64,000 nt of DNA, from the NCBI GenBank assembly GCA_963805085.1, contig CAWDTA010000002.1, positions 992,001 to 1,056,000 on the forward strand, given 5' to 3'. Made by a program: the position numbers and the translations under genes. This document shows, piece after piece, positions 30,785 through 41,161 of the stretch (its first letter is position 1; the number at the start of each line of letters is the position of its first letter). Origin of the DNA: an uncultured Veillonellaceae bacterium. GTDB lineage: Bacteria > Bacillota > Negativicutes > JARBTT01. The notes beneath the pieces were generated by a model, which saw only the letters and a program-made list of their open reading frames with translations, did no database searches and was not told the origin of the DNA.

Positions 30785-32824
30785 ATGAAATATGATGAAC
30801 ATTTGAATACAGTTAGAGCAAAATTTTTAATTGTTTTAATTCCTTTGTTTATATTGAGTTTTATGATTTTATCGGGAATTAGTTATTATGTGGCAAATGA
30901 TGCTTTGCTAAAGGGTTCTGATGAAATTGCTCGCGGTGTAGGGGATAAATTTGCCGCACAAATCGATAAAACCATGAATGAAAAAATGATTCGTTTGGAT
31001 GAATTGGCATCATTACCTGCAATTATAAATGGTGATGATACAATAAGAATTCAAGCCTTGGCAGAGGCGAAAAAACGTAGTCCGGGTTTTGATACAATAT
31101 GTTTTGCTGATCTAAAGGGGCATACCGTTAATGAAGTAGGGGCACATCTGGAACGTGGTGACCGCGAATACATAAAAAAAGTCAAAGAAACACAAAAACC
31201 TTATATGTCTAATCCATCAGTCTCAGGGACTACAGGAAAATTAATTACAGTGATGACACGACCGGTGATAAATAGTGGAAAATTAGTGGGCTATGTATTT
31301 GGTACCGTTAGTTTGGATAATATATCGAAATTGATGGATCAAGTAAAGTATGAAAAAACAGGATATGGTTATATTGCCGATAGTTCTGGAGTCGTATTAG
31401 GGCATGGGTCAAACCCAGAAATGGCTGGAAAGCTAAATTTGACGGAGAAAAAAGTGAATCCAGAATTAAAAGATGCTGGTACAGAACTTGATGATCGTTT
31501 AATCAATAGCTTTAAAGGTGTCGTTGAAACAGGAAAGCAAGCTTCTTCAGAATATGTAACCCCGACAGGCATTGAATCTGTAACGGTTATAACCCCGATA
31601 GAGCTAGATGGTCGTCGTTGGGTTATGATTGTTACGGCACCTAAAGCAGAAGTGCAAGCAGGAGCTAATTTGTTATTTAAAGTTATGACAGGTATTTCTA
31701 TTGGTTTCATTGTACTCGCAATTGTAGTAATTTATTTCTTTGCGAAACGTATTTCAAAACCGATAGAAGAAATTCGTGATGAATGTGTCGTTTTAAATAA
31801 TGGGGATCTGAGGCAAGATCATGTTAGTGTAGATTCTAAAGATGAAATAGGACAGCTAGCAAAAGGGTTCAATGATATGCGCAAAAATTTACGTGCTTTA
31901 ATCCAGAAAGTCCAAGACCAATCGCAGCAAGTTGCTGCTGCCAGTGAAGAACTTACGGCAGGAGCACATCAATCAGCCGAAGCTGCTAATCAAGTAGCAA
32001 CATCAATTACAGAAATAGCGCAAGGTGTGGAGAAACAATCGGCAGCAGCTGATGGCGTTAATGGTGTAGCGCAAAACTTCTCAAGTAGCGCAGAACAAAT
32101 TTCTGTAAAAGCGCAAGGTATCGTGGAAATTGCCAAAGTAACGTCGGAAAATGCGGGTCAAGGTCGTGAAGCGATAGCGAAAGCCGTAAATGAAATGCAG
32201 CAAATCGGTGAAGGCTCAGAAGCGATTCAACAGGCAATTACAAAACTAGATAAAGGGTCCCAAGAAATTAGTAATATTGTAGAATTAATTTCAAGTATTG
32301 CAGGGCAAACGAATTTACTAGCACTCAATGCGGCAATAGAAGCGGCAAGAGCAGGCGAAGCTGGACGTGGATTTGCTGTTGTAGCCGAGGAAGTAAGAAA
32401 GCTTGCTGAAGAATCCAATCAATCATCCCAAAAAATCGGGGAACTTGTAAATCGTAATCTGATGGATATGCAAGACGCTGTTGTTGCAAGTAAGGCAGGA
32501 ACAGCGCGTGTAGCAGTCGGTATTGGTGCTGTACGATCAGCAGATGAAACATTCAAACATATCGTGAGTGCAATTGAAAATTTATCAGGAGAGATCACCG
32601 TGATTTCAGCTGAAATTAATCAAATGGCAACTGGCAGTGAAGCAATGCTAACCTCGATTAGTCAAATCGATGAGATTAGCAGGAATAATGCGGCGGAAAG
32701 CGAAGCGGTATCTGCTGCGACTGAGCAGCAATCGGCAGCAATGCAAGAAATTGCTTCGGCAAGCCAAAACTTAGCAAATTTAGCGATGGAATTGCAAGAA
32801 GCCGTATCAAGATTTAAGGTTTAA
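30785..32824 (+). CDS. Methyl-accepting chemotaxis protein 2 (dCache)
   Basis: Same architecture and MA signature; ATG 30785 follows GGGAG. Confidence 0.95.
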   Translation: MKYDEHLNTVRAKFLIVLIPLFILSFMILSGISYYVANDALLKGSDEIARGVGDKFAAQIDKTMNEKMIRLDELASLPAIINGDDTIRIQALAEAKKRSPGFDTICFADLKGHTVNEVGAHLERGDREYIKKVKETQKPYMSNPSVSGTTGKLITVMTRPVINSGKLVGYVFGTVSLDNISKLMDQVKYEKTGYGYIADSSGVVLGHGSNPEMAGKLNLTEKKVNPELKDAGTELDDRLINSFKGVVETGKQASSEYVTPTGIESVTVITPIELDGRRWVMIVTAPKAEVQAGANLLFKVMTGISIGFIVLAIVVIYFFAKRISKPIEEIRDECVVLNNGDLRQDHVSVDSKDEIGQLAKGFNDMRKNLRALIQKVQDQSQQVAAASEELTAGAHQSAEAANQVATSITEIAQGVEKQSAAADGVNGVAQNFSSSAEQISVKAQGIVEIAKVTSENAGQGREAIAKAVNEMQQIGEGSEAIQQAITKLDKGSQEISNIVELISSIAGQTNLLALNAAIEAARAGEAGRGFAVVAEEVRKLAEESNQSSQKIGELVNRNLMDMQDAVVASKAGTARVAVGIGAVRSADETFKHIVSAIENLSGEITVISAEINQMATGSEAMLTSISQIDEISRNNAAESEAVSAATEQQSAAMQEIASASQNLANLAMELQEAVSRFKV

Positions 32825-32838
32825 AATAATATAAGGAA

Positions 32839-32877
32839 AAGACCAGTGAAATAATCTAATTTGTTTTACTGGTCTTA
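32839..32877 (+). terminator. Intrinsic terminator
   Basis: aagaccagtgaaa / ttttactggtctt. Confidence 0.65.
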
Positions 32878-33020
32878 TTCTATTTTATGAGGTATAACTA
32901 GGATTTATTGAACACGTAGGTTTTTGGTGGAAAAGATTGAAAGTAATACTACTAAGGTGTAGAATTATAATGCAATCATATAAATTAATGGAAAATAGAA
33001 AATGCTAGAGGAGATGCACT

Positions 33021-35051
33021 ATGAAATTAGATCGTATTAGGACTAAATTTTTACTCATATTAATACCATTATTTTTAGTTAGTTTTATTATGTTATCAAG
33101 TGTAAGTTACTATGTTGCAAATCGTGCACTCATGGAAAGTTCTGTAGAAACGGCAAAAGCTGCTAGTGACAAATTCTCTACACAAATCAAAGATATTATA
33201 GAAGAAAAAATGATACGTCTAGATGATTTATCAAGAGAAGATGTGTTGATTAGCACAGATGATAATAGTAAAGTTACATTAATGCAGGCGACGTTAAAAG
33301 AAGTAAAAGGGTTTGATTCTTTATTACTTACGGATAATAAAGGTGCTGGTATCAATTCAAAAGGTCAACACTTGAACCGCGCAGATAGAGAATATATTCA
33401 GCAAGTGATAAAAACAAAAAAACCTTATGTATCAGAAGCATTAGCATCAGGAACGAGTGGGAATCTAATTGTTTCCTTGGCACAGCCAATCCTTAGAAAT
33501 GGGGAATTAAAAGGGATTATCGTAGGAACGGTCAGCTTAGAAAAATTGTCAGGTGTATTAGAAAATGTGAAATTTAAAGAGTCTGGTTATGGGTATATTG
33601 TGGATAGTTCAGGGATTGTTGTTGCCCATAATAAAAGACCAGAGTTAATCAATAAATTAAATATAAGTGAGAAGACTGTAAATCCAGAATTAAAAACCAA
33701 GAATCTAGAACTAGATGAACGGCTCATCACGGCATTTAAAAGTGTGAGTACTAGTGGGAAACAAGCAGAAAATATCTTTTATACAAGTACAGCAGGGGGA
33801 GCAGAATCTGCTGTTTTAACGCCGATAGATTTAGATGGTAGAAGATGGGTTATGGTAGTGACTGCGCCAGAACAAGAGCTGACAGCCGCCATCAATCAGT
33901 TAGCAAAATGGATGGTTGGATTATCTGTGATTGCAATTCTGATAGCAATCTTTGTGATATTTATGTTTAGCAAGAATATTGCAAAAAAGATAACCATGAT
34001 TCGTGATGAATCAGTGGCGTTGAATCAAGGTGATTTAAGAGAACGTGTCATTGATATTCATTCCGAAGATGAAATTGGTCAGCTGTCCAAAGGCTTTATC
34101 GGGATGCGTCAGACGCTAAATCAATTAATCACTACGGTGCAAACCAAGGCAAATCAAGTTACTGAGTCTAGTAATCAGTTAAAAGAAAGTGCCAATCAAT
34201 CCGCTATAGCGTCTACTCATGTTGCGGAATCAATTACCGATATCGCAGCGGGGGCAGATCGTCAATTCAGTGCGGTGAATGAAGTAAATACGATTGCCAA
34301 AGAAATTTCTAACTCAGCAAGTGATATTTCTAGAAAAGCCAGTGACATTGTCGAAGTGGTAAAAACTACAACAAAGCATGCTGAACAAGGTCGGTCTTCC
34401 ATTGCGAAGGCAGTGATACAAATGCAGCAAGTGAGTCAAGGTTCTGAAGCAATTCAAACTGCAGTAATGGATCTAGAAAAAGGTTCACAAGAAATTGGCA
34501 ATATTGTAGAACTTATTTCAAGCATTGCTGGACAAACTAATTTATTGGCACTCAATGCAGCAATTGAAGCGGCTCGAGCTGGAGAGTCAGGACGTGGGTT
34601 TGCCGTTGTAGCAGAGGAAGTAAGGAAGCTCGCCGAAGAATCGAACCAATCCTCACAGAAAATTGGTGAGCTGGTAAAACGTAATCAAATTGGGATGGAA
34701 CAGGCTGTTAACGCGAGTAAAACGGGTGCAGAAAGTATCAATTTAGGTATGGAAGCAGTTAGCTCTGCCGATGAGACTTTTAAAAGTATCGTTAGTGCAA
34801 TTGAACAGCTCGCGCAAGAAATCAATACAGTTGCCGAAGCTATCAATCACATGTCGGCAGGTAGTGCGACAATGTTGAATTCGATAAATGCAATTGATCA
34901 AGTAGCAAAAGCAAATACCTCAGAAGCACAAGATGTCTCCGCTGCGACTGAAGAACAATCGGCTTCTATGGAAGAAATTGCAGCAGCAAGCCAGAGCTTG
35001 GCAATGCTCGCGATGGAATTACAAGGAACGGTTGGAAAATTTAAAGTATAA
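33021..35051 (+). CDS. Methyl-accepting chemotaxis protein 3 (dCache)
   Basis: Same architecture and MA signature. Confidence 0.95.
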   Translation: MKLDRIRTKFLLILIPLFLVSFIMLSSVSYYVANRALMESSVETAKAASDKFSTQIKDIIEEKMIRLDDLSREDVLISTDDNSKVTLMQATLKEVKGFDSLLLTDNKGAGINSKGQHLNRADREYIQQVIKTKKPYVSEALASGTSGNLIVSLAQPILRNGELKGIIVGTVSLEKLSGVLENVKFKESGYGYIVDSSGIVVAHNKRPELINKLNISEKTVNPELKTKNLELDERLITAFKSVSTSGKQAENIFYTSTAGGAESAVLTPIDLDGRRWVMVVTAPEQELTAAINQLAKWMVGLSVIAILIAIFVIFMFSKNIAKKITMIRDESVALNQGDLRERVIDIHSEDEIGQLSKGFIGMRQTLNQLITTVQTKANQVTESSNQLKESANQSAIASTHVAESITDIAAGADRQFSAVNEVNTIAKEISNSASDISRKASDIVEVVKTTTKHAEQGRSSIAKAVIQMQQVSQGSEAIQTAVMDLEKGSQEIGNIVELISSIAGQTNLLALNAAIEAARAGESGRGFAVVAEEVRKLAEESNQSSQKIGELVKRNQIGMEQAVNASKTGAESINLGMEAVSSADETFKSIVSAIEQLAQEINTVAEAINHMSAGSATMLNSINAIDQVAKANTSEAQDVSAATEEQSASMEEIAAASQSLAMLAMELQGTVGKFKV

Positions 35052-35066
35052 TACTATTTCTATTAT

Positions 35067-35116
35067 AGTGTTAGGAATTTTATGAGAATAAAAATTCCTA
35101 ACACTTATTTTTTTTT
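35067..35116 (+). terminator. Intrinsic terminator
   Basis: agtgttaggaattttat / ataaaattcctaacact perfect stem plus T-run. Confidence 0.88.
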
Positions 35117-35139
35117 AAGAATGAATTTAAAGTAAACCT

Positions 35140-35187
35140 AAAAAAATGTCGAAAAAACTACAAAAAACTACAAAAAACATGAAAAAA
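35140..35187. repeat. Five phased A-tracts (~10-bp period) including a TGTCGAA box
   Basis: aaaaaaatgtc gaaaaaacta caaaaaacta caaaaaacat gaaaaaa. Confidence 0.7.
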
Positions 35188-35263
35188 TATATGTAAGTAC
35201 AAAAATGTGTTACAATATTATAGGTGTATTTTATAAGTTGTCGTAATTGAGGGGGAATTTAAA

Positions 35264-37288
35264 TTGAAAATTAGAAATATTAGGACAAAATTCTTAATTG
35301 TTTTAATACCGTTGTTTCTGGTAAGTTTCGTTATATTGTCGTCAATTAGTTACTATGTTGCGAATAAAAGCTTGACGATGGAAACCAACGAGACTGCTGG
35401 CGCCATGGGAGAAAAGTTTTCTTGGCAAGTGAAAGCTGAGATAGATGGTAAAATGAATATGCTGAATGAAATGGCTGTGAATCCAGTATTTCACACCAAT
35501 GATGCAGAAGCAAAAGTAAAGTTTATGGCAGAAGCTTGTAAACGCACTGGTTTTCCAACGGTAACATTTATTGGGCTAGATGGTAAAGGCGTTGGTAGTG
35601 ATGGCGTTCCAATAGTTAGAACTGATCGTGAGTTTTATAAAAAGGAAATGGAAACGAAGAAGCCTTATGTTGGTGCACCAGTTATTTCATCTTTGACACA
35701 TACGTTAATGGTTGCGCTGGTTACACCAATTATGGAAAATGGACAAATGGTAGGGATGATTACTGGTACGATTGATTTAGCAGCGTTTTCGAAAGAGTTA
35801 CAATCTGTTAAATTAAAGGAAACTGGCTACGGGTATATCGTAGATAATACAGGGCTTATAATTGCACACCCTAATAATCCTGAATTTATTAATAAACTCA
35901 ATATCTCAGAGAAAAACATCAATCCAGAATTTAATACCAAAAATAAACAGCTGGATGATCGATACACAAATGCTTTTAAAGAAGTCGAGCATACAGGAAA
36001 CCAGGTAACTGTTAATTATATTGAGCTAGACGGTCAAGATCATAAGGCAGTTTTGACTCCAATAGAAATATCGGGGAAGAGATGGGTAATGGTTGTTACG
36101 GCTCCGATGGAAGAAATTACTGCAGAAGTTAGTAAGTTAGCAAATGTAATGCTAGGGGTATCTATTTTATTTATATTGCTTGCAATTGCGACTATATTTG
36201 TTTTTAGTAAAAATATTGCAAAACAAATAGCCTGTATTCGAGATGAATGTCTTGAAATTGATCAAGGGGATCTCCGTGATAAAGAAAGTAAAATACATAC
36301 AGAAGATGAAATTGGTCAATTAGCACAAGGGTTTGTTAGTATGAGAAAAAAATTGGGTACTTTGGTTAGTGGTGTACAAGCAAAGGCAGAACAAGTTGCT
36401 GCTGCAAGTGAAGAACTTACTGCTGGAGCAGAGCAATCAGCGGAGGCATCTAATCAGGTTGCTATTTCCATCACGGAAATAGCACAAGGGGTAACGAAAC
36501 AATCTACTGCTGCAGATAATGTTGATGCTGTTGCAAAAGACATTTCACATAGTGCAGACGAAATTTCAGCAAAAGCACAGGAAGTAGTACAAATTGCGCA
36601 AGCGACATCAAAAGAGGCTAATCAAGGCCGAGAGTCAATCGCAAAAGCTGTAAATCAAATGCAGGAAATTGGTGAAGGATCTAAAGCAATTCAGCAAGCT
36701 ATTGTTAAATTAGACAAAGGGTCACAAGAGATTAGTAATATTGTAGAATTAATTTCAAGTATTGCAGGTCAAACGAATTTACTAGCACTCAATGCGGCGA
36801 TAGAAGCGGCAAGAGCAGGCGAAGCTGGACGTGGATTTGCTGTTGTAGCCGAGGAAGTAAGAAAGCTTGCTGAAGAATCCAATCAATCATCGCAAAAAAT
36901 AGGAGAACTCGTAAAACGTAATCAAGTTGATATGGAAGATGCGGTTATTGCTAGCAAAGCGGGAACAGAAAAAGTTGTGATTGGTATTGAATCGGTAACG
37001 TTAGCAGATGAAACATTTAAAAATATCGTAAATGCTGTTGGTAATCTTACGGAACAAATTGCAGTCATTTCTGAGGCAATTCATAAGATGGCAAAAGGTA
37101 GTGCGACGATGCTAACGTCTATTGAACAAATTGATAAAGTTAGCAAAACAAATGCAGCGGAATCCCAAGCAGTATCGGCTGCAACCGAAGAACAATCGGC
37201 AGCGATGCAAGAGATTGCATCCGCAAGTCAGAACTTAGCAAACTTAGCTATGGAATTACAAGAGGCCATTTCTATTTTTAGAGTGTAA
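35264..37288 (+). CDS. Methyl-accepting chemotaxis protein 4 (dCache)
   Basis: Same architecture and MA signature. Confidence 0.95.
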   Translation: MKIRNIRTKFLIVLIPLFLVSFVILSSISYYVANKSLTMETNETAGAMGEKFSWQVKAEIDGKMNMLNEMAVNPVFHTNDAEAKVKFMAEACKRTGFPTVTFIGLDGKGVGSDGVPIVRTDREFYKKEMETKKPYVGAPVISSLTHTLMVALVTPIMENGQMVGMITGTIDLAAFSKELQSVKLKETGYGYIVDNTGLIIAHPNNPEFINKLNISEKNINPEFNTKNKQLDDRYTNAFKEVEHTGNQVTVNYIELDGQDHKAVLTPIEISGKRWVMVVTAPMEEITAEVSKLANVMLGVSILFILLAIATIFVFSKNIAKQIACIRDECLEIDQGDLRDKESKIHTEDEIGQLAQGFVSMRKKLGTLVSGVQAKAEQVAAASEELTAGAEQSAEASNQVAISITEIAQGVTKQSTAADNVDAVAKDISHSADEISAKAQEVVQIAQATSKEANQGRESIAKAVNQMQEIGEGSKAIQQAIVKLDKGSQEISNIVELISSIAGQTNLLALNAAIEAARAGEAGRGFAVVAEEVRKLAEESNQSSQKIGELVKRNQVDMEDAVIASKAGTEKVVIGIESVTLADETFKNIVNAVGNLTEQIAVISEAIHKMAKGSATMLTSIEQIDKVSKTNAAESQAVSAATEEQSAAMQEIASASQNLANLAMELQEAISIFRV

Positions 37289-37346
37289 GCAAACGATATC
37301 ATTGTTCGTTACGAAAAATTTCAGGATAAATAATTGTAAAAAATAG

Positions 37347-37390
37347 AACAGGTCTAACTAAGCTAGAAAAACTTAGTTAGACCTGTTTTT
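37347..37390. terminator. Terminator between convergent genes
   Basis: aacaggtctaactaag / cttagttagacctgtt. Confidence 0.85.
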
Positions 37391-37426
37391 GTTGGCGATA
37401 GAGGCTGTGGGTCTTATATTGGCGAG

Positions 37427-38821
37427 CTAGGGCTGTTTCTTTGCCGTTGGCTTATTATCTTTGGGTCTCGGAGAAGGTTGTTCCTCTAGTAATCTAGTAC
37501 CAAAGACAATCACTTCATCTTCAGGGGAATATTCGTCGACATAAAGCAACTCGCGGTTAACTTCTTTGTTGTTGATACTTTTAATACGATAAGAGGATAC
37601 AATATAACCAGTTAAGCCATCTTCTTGAATGATTGCTTTACCAGCTGGTAAATTTGGATCATATCTGGTTACCGTATGGTATTCAAGTGTTTTATCAACA
37701 TTGGCGGTTATTGAAATTGATTCTTTGCTCAGATTGCTTGCACTACCCAAGATAACTACAGTTAAAGTTCCGTTGGAAATCTGGGCAATTACATAGGCAT
37801 TTTTGCTTAAAGTGTTCTTAAATTTGAAATCAAGTAAATTATCAGCGACTGTTGCATCTAAACCAATGGGAACATAACCGAGTGGATGAAAATGTGGTGT
37901 TCGTTCAATTGGTTTCATGTCAGCAAGTAATATCGAGTTATATAATGTACTGCTTACTTGACAAACTCCACCGCCGATATCAGGCACGGTTTTGCCCTCA
38001 ATAATAACTGGAGCTTCTTTAAAACCAGCCTGAGCAATGCGCAGACCAGTCAAATCGTTAAATGAGATAAGTTGATCTGGTTGTAACAGTAAATGATTGA
38101 TACTATTGGCGGCGATTCGAATGTTTTCACTGCGATTAGTATTAAACTGATCAAATTTTGAACTGTATACGGCTAATACGGTATCAATTTCTGCTAAATC
38201 TGCTTTGGTTACCTTAGGCACTGACGTTTCGATAGGCAATTCAAGCGAAATTGGCACATTTAATGCTGATAATTTTTGGGCTAAGTTGATAAATAAGTCA
38301 GCATTGTTTACTTTTTGACCAACAATTTCTGGAATGATGGAAATTGTTCCATTATTGAATTCAACGGAAGCATCTTTAGTTTCACTTGCTGTCTCAAGAC
38401 CAATTTGCCAAATGATTGCTTTTAGCTTTACTGGATCATATGTAAGGTCATAGGGTAACGTGATACCGTGGTGGGCACTTTCTAAACGCTCCCACAGACG
38501 GTGTAATATATTGTCTCTACGACCAATCAGATAAGCTTTTTGGACAGTTTGTTCAAACTCTATATGCAAGTCAATATCATCTGGAGTTATATTCCATGAT
38601 TTATCCTTGTAAGTGATTCGAATAATTGGCTTTTTACCAAGTTTATTTTGAAATGATTGTTCAAGCTTGGCGGTTGCCTCTTGTACAGTGTGCCCGCCAA
38701 TCGGAATATCTTCAACAGTAACCCCGTAAAAAATACGATCAGAAACAGATAAGGCCATACTAAGACTGATGAGAATGATAGAAGAAAACAAAATAATAAT
38801 CGTAGAAAATACAAGGCACAT
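37427..38821 (-). CDS. VanW-family protein with peptidoglycan-binding and C-terminal G5-like domains
   Basis: GGGVCQVSSTLYN, GLDAT and DFKFKN VanW motifs; N-terminal anchor. The start may extend to ATC 38851. Confidence 0.88.
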   Translation of the reverse strand: MCLVFSTIIILFSSIILISLSMALSVSDRIFYGVTVEDIPIGGHTVQEATAKLEQSFQNKLGKKPIIRITYKDKSWNITPDDIDLHIEFEQTVQKAYLIGRRDNILHRLWERLESAHHGITLPYDLTYDPVKLKAIIWQIGLETASETKDASVEFNNGTISIIPEIVGQKVNNADLFINLAQKLSALNVPISLELPIETSVPKVTKADLAEIDTVLAVYSSKFDQFNTNRSENIRIAANSINHLLLQPDQLISFNDLTGLRIAQAGFKEAPVIIEGKTVPDIGGGVCQVSSTLYNSILLADMKPIERTPHFHPLGYVPIGLDATVADNLLDFKFKNTLSKNAYVIAQISNGTLTVVILGSASNLSKESISITANVDKTLEYHTVTRYDPNLPAGKAIIQEDGLTGYIVSSYRIKSINNKEVNRELLYVDEYSPEDEVIVFGTRLLEEQPSPRPKDNKPTAKKQP

Positions 38822-38892
38822 TTTTGCATTTTGTGAAAGTCCTTTAAAGATACTTCATCCCTCCTTTCAACGTAATAAGACCAAAAGAACAT

Positions 38893-38918
38893 AAAACCCC
38901 TGCATTAGCAGGGGTTTT
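38893..38918 (-). terminator. Terminator hairpin after the PRC-barrel gene
   Basis: aaaacccctgc / gcaggggtttt. Confidence 0.75.
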
Positions 38919-38944
38919 ATTATTACCAAAATGCTGGCATTTTA

Positions 38945-39814
38945 TTATTGAATATTCATAGAAAGTTCAACGAATTTATTTGCTAATTTTGCTTTTTGTA
39001 ACACTTCTTCAGTGATGTCTGCGCCAGCTTCAACGATAACAATCCCATTATCAGTTGTAATGCGACGACTAGCTTTTTTGCCAAGCAAGAAGCGACGATG
39101 CCTATCATCAGCTACTTTATCAGCTTGTTGTTTGGCAGCTCCTGTTTCTAAAGGTTTTGTTTCTACTTTAGGCGTAGGCTCAGGTTTCACTTCTGCTTTA
39201 GAAACTTCCGCTTCAACCTTAGGAGCTTCGACTTTGACCTCAGCAGATTTTAATTCTTCTTTTGGAACTTCTACTTGAGGTACAGGTTTTACTTCAGGCG
39301 TAGAAGATATAGTTTTGGTTGGTTTTAGTGCATCGCTAAGGTTTCTTTCAGGGACTTCGCTATCGATAATCGTAACTTGTTTACCAAAAACAGATACTTG
39401 CTCTGCAGAAACTTCGGTTACTTCGCCTACTGGAGTAGTAATTTCACATTTTGCAATGCTACCATTGTCATCAACAATGATTTCATTCACAATACCATGA
39501 ATGCTACCAGACTTGGTAATTGCTTTTGTAGCAATTACTTTGATATTGGCAGTAAGTAATGGTTCAAATTCAGTAGCTTCATCTATGGATAGAATACTTT
39601 CGCTACTTGTAATAGTAATAGCATCATCGCCAATGGCTATTACGGACGTATATGGTAATATTTTAACGCCACGATACCAATCTTCATCTTCAATAACTAA
39701 AGCAGTAATCATTCCTTTTGCAGCGTCGATTACCAATGATTTACTGATACCTAATTCTTTACCTTCAGTAATACTTATGATTGGTAATCCTAAAATATGT
39801 ACACTTTTTTTCAT
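38945..39814 (-). CDS. PRC-barrel domain protein (two barrels, Pro/Glu/Lys-rich linker)
   Basis: MKKSVHILGLPIISITEGKELG and IGDDAITI PRC-barrel pattern. Confidence 0.78.
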   Translation of the reverse strand: MKKSVHILGLPIISITEGKELGISKSLVIDAAKGMITALVIEDEDWYRGVKILPYTSVIAIGDDAITITSSESILSIDEATEFEPLLTANIKVIATKAITKSGSIHGIVNEIIVDDNGSIAKCEITTPVGEVTEVSAEQVSVFGKQVTIIDSEVPERNLSDALKPTKTISSTPEVKPVPQVEVPKEELKSAEVKVEAPKVEAEVSKAEVKPEPTPKVETKPLETGAAKQQADKVADDRHRRFLLGKKASRRITTDNGIVIVEAGADITEEVLQKAKLANKFVELSMNIQ

Positions 39815-39837
39815 TTATAATCCCCCTAAATTTGAAT

Positions 39838-40956
39838 TTATAAGTTTTGTGTGCGCCAATTTTGAAACTCGGTTTCGATTTCGCTAAATGCTTTTTGCGA
39901 AATATCTTTAAACGGTGTACGAGTAATATTGCGTCTAAGCAAAGCGTTTTTTATGATACGCAAATACGCAATGTTATTAATAAACTCTTGTCTTAGCTCG
40001 TTATTATGAACTAATGCTGGTAATTTAAGAGCCTTATTATATATTACAATGGCATCGTCATATAAGCCAGTATTTTTGTAAATATTACCGATTTCTATGA
40101 CAATAAATGGAGCATAATCGTTAGTTTGGTATAATTTTAGTGCTTTTTTAAAGGCATAAAGTGCAGAATTTTGTTCATTATTATCCCTTTGATTCAAAGC
40201 ATAATCCAATAAATCATCTAACTTTTCTAGCTTTGCAACGTGATTGACGATGCAAAGGTTCTTTTGTTTTTTTGCTTCAGTAATTAAATCAATGACCTTC
40301 GTCTCGTGTTGTATTTCTTTCGGTGGGACAGGAACAACCAGCTGAGATTCTCGGTCATTTTTCACCAAGTACAATGGTACTTTAGTGGGTAGTTGCATGG
40401 GCTGGATGGATTCAACTGCGGTCGTTGCTGTTGCTAGGGCAATATTGAGGCTGGCTTTCTGTTTTGATGGAACAACAAAGGTCGCAGGTTCTGATTTTAG
40501 ACTAGGCCCAATTAGCTTCAATTCCGTTAAGAGAGATTCAGGATTAGGTTTTACAACTTCTGCGATTTTTATTTCTGATTTATCTGATTTATTTAAAGCT
40601 ACAGTTTCTAGTTTTTTTTCTAGTGGCTTTGCTATAGCTGGTTCAGCCACGCTATCCCCTTCAAGGACCAAATTGTTGATTGTCTGTTGATTTAAGGTTA
40701 GTTTTGCGTTATAACGTGCGATAAAATACGAGGACAAGATTGTAATGCCTAAAATCATAGGCAAGTGGTATTGAGCGAAATGCACGGTAATGATTGGCAA
40801 AGAAAAATTAATCACAAGTGCACAGAATGCACATAATATCAAAGGCTTAATATTTAATGAAAGTCCTAGGTAATTCATTATTTTAAATGCAAAAAAAATA
40901 CTGAGTACGATGGACAAGAATGTAATTGCAATATAATCCACTTTAAACATCACCAT
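39838..40956 (-). CDS. Membrane-anchored protein with a C-terminal TPR-like region
   Basis: Three N-terminal hydrophobic helices; EIGNIYKNTGLYDDAIVIYNKAL TPR motif. Confidence 0.7.
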   Translation of the reverse strand: MVMFKVDYIAITFLSIVLSIFFAFKIMNYLGLSLNIKPLILCAFCALVINFSLPIITVHFAQYHLPMILGITILSSYFIARYNAKLTLNQQTINNLVLEGDSVAEPAIAKPLEKKLETVALNKSDKSEIKIAEVVKPNPESLLTELKLIGPSLKSEPATFVVPSKQKASLNIALATATTAVESIQPMQLPTKVPLYLVKNDRESQLVVPVPPKEIQHETKVIDLITEAKKQKNLCIVNHVAKLEKLDDLLDYALNQRDNNEQNSALYAFKKALKLYQTNDYAPFIVIEIGNIYKNTGLYDDAIVIYNKALKLPALVHNNELRQEFINNIAYLRIIKNALLRRNITRTPFKDISQKAFSEIETEFQNWRTQNL

Positions 40957-41161
40957 AACTATACAAAATAATTTATCTTATTTTGTCCTATCTTCGACGG
41001 GTTTTACAAAAATCCTGTAATTTTTACAAGATTATTTTAATTATATTTTAAAATTGAAGGACTTTTGGACTATGGGCAGATTTGATTTGGTATCTAAGAG
41101 GAGTATGAGGTATAATAAAACCTATCAGATAAGTAAGTATGTTCGGAAAGAGGTTTGACAT

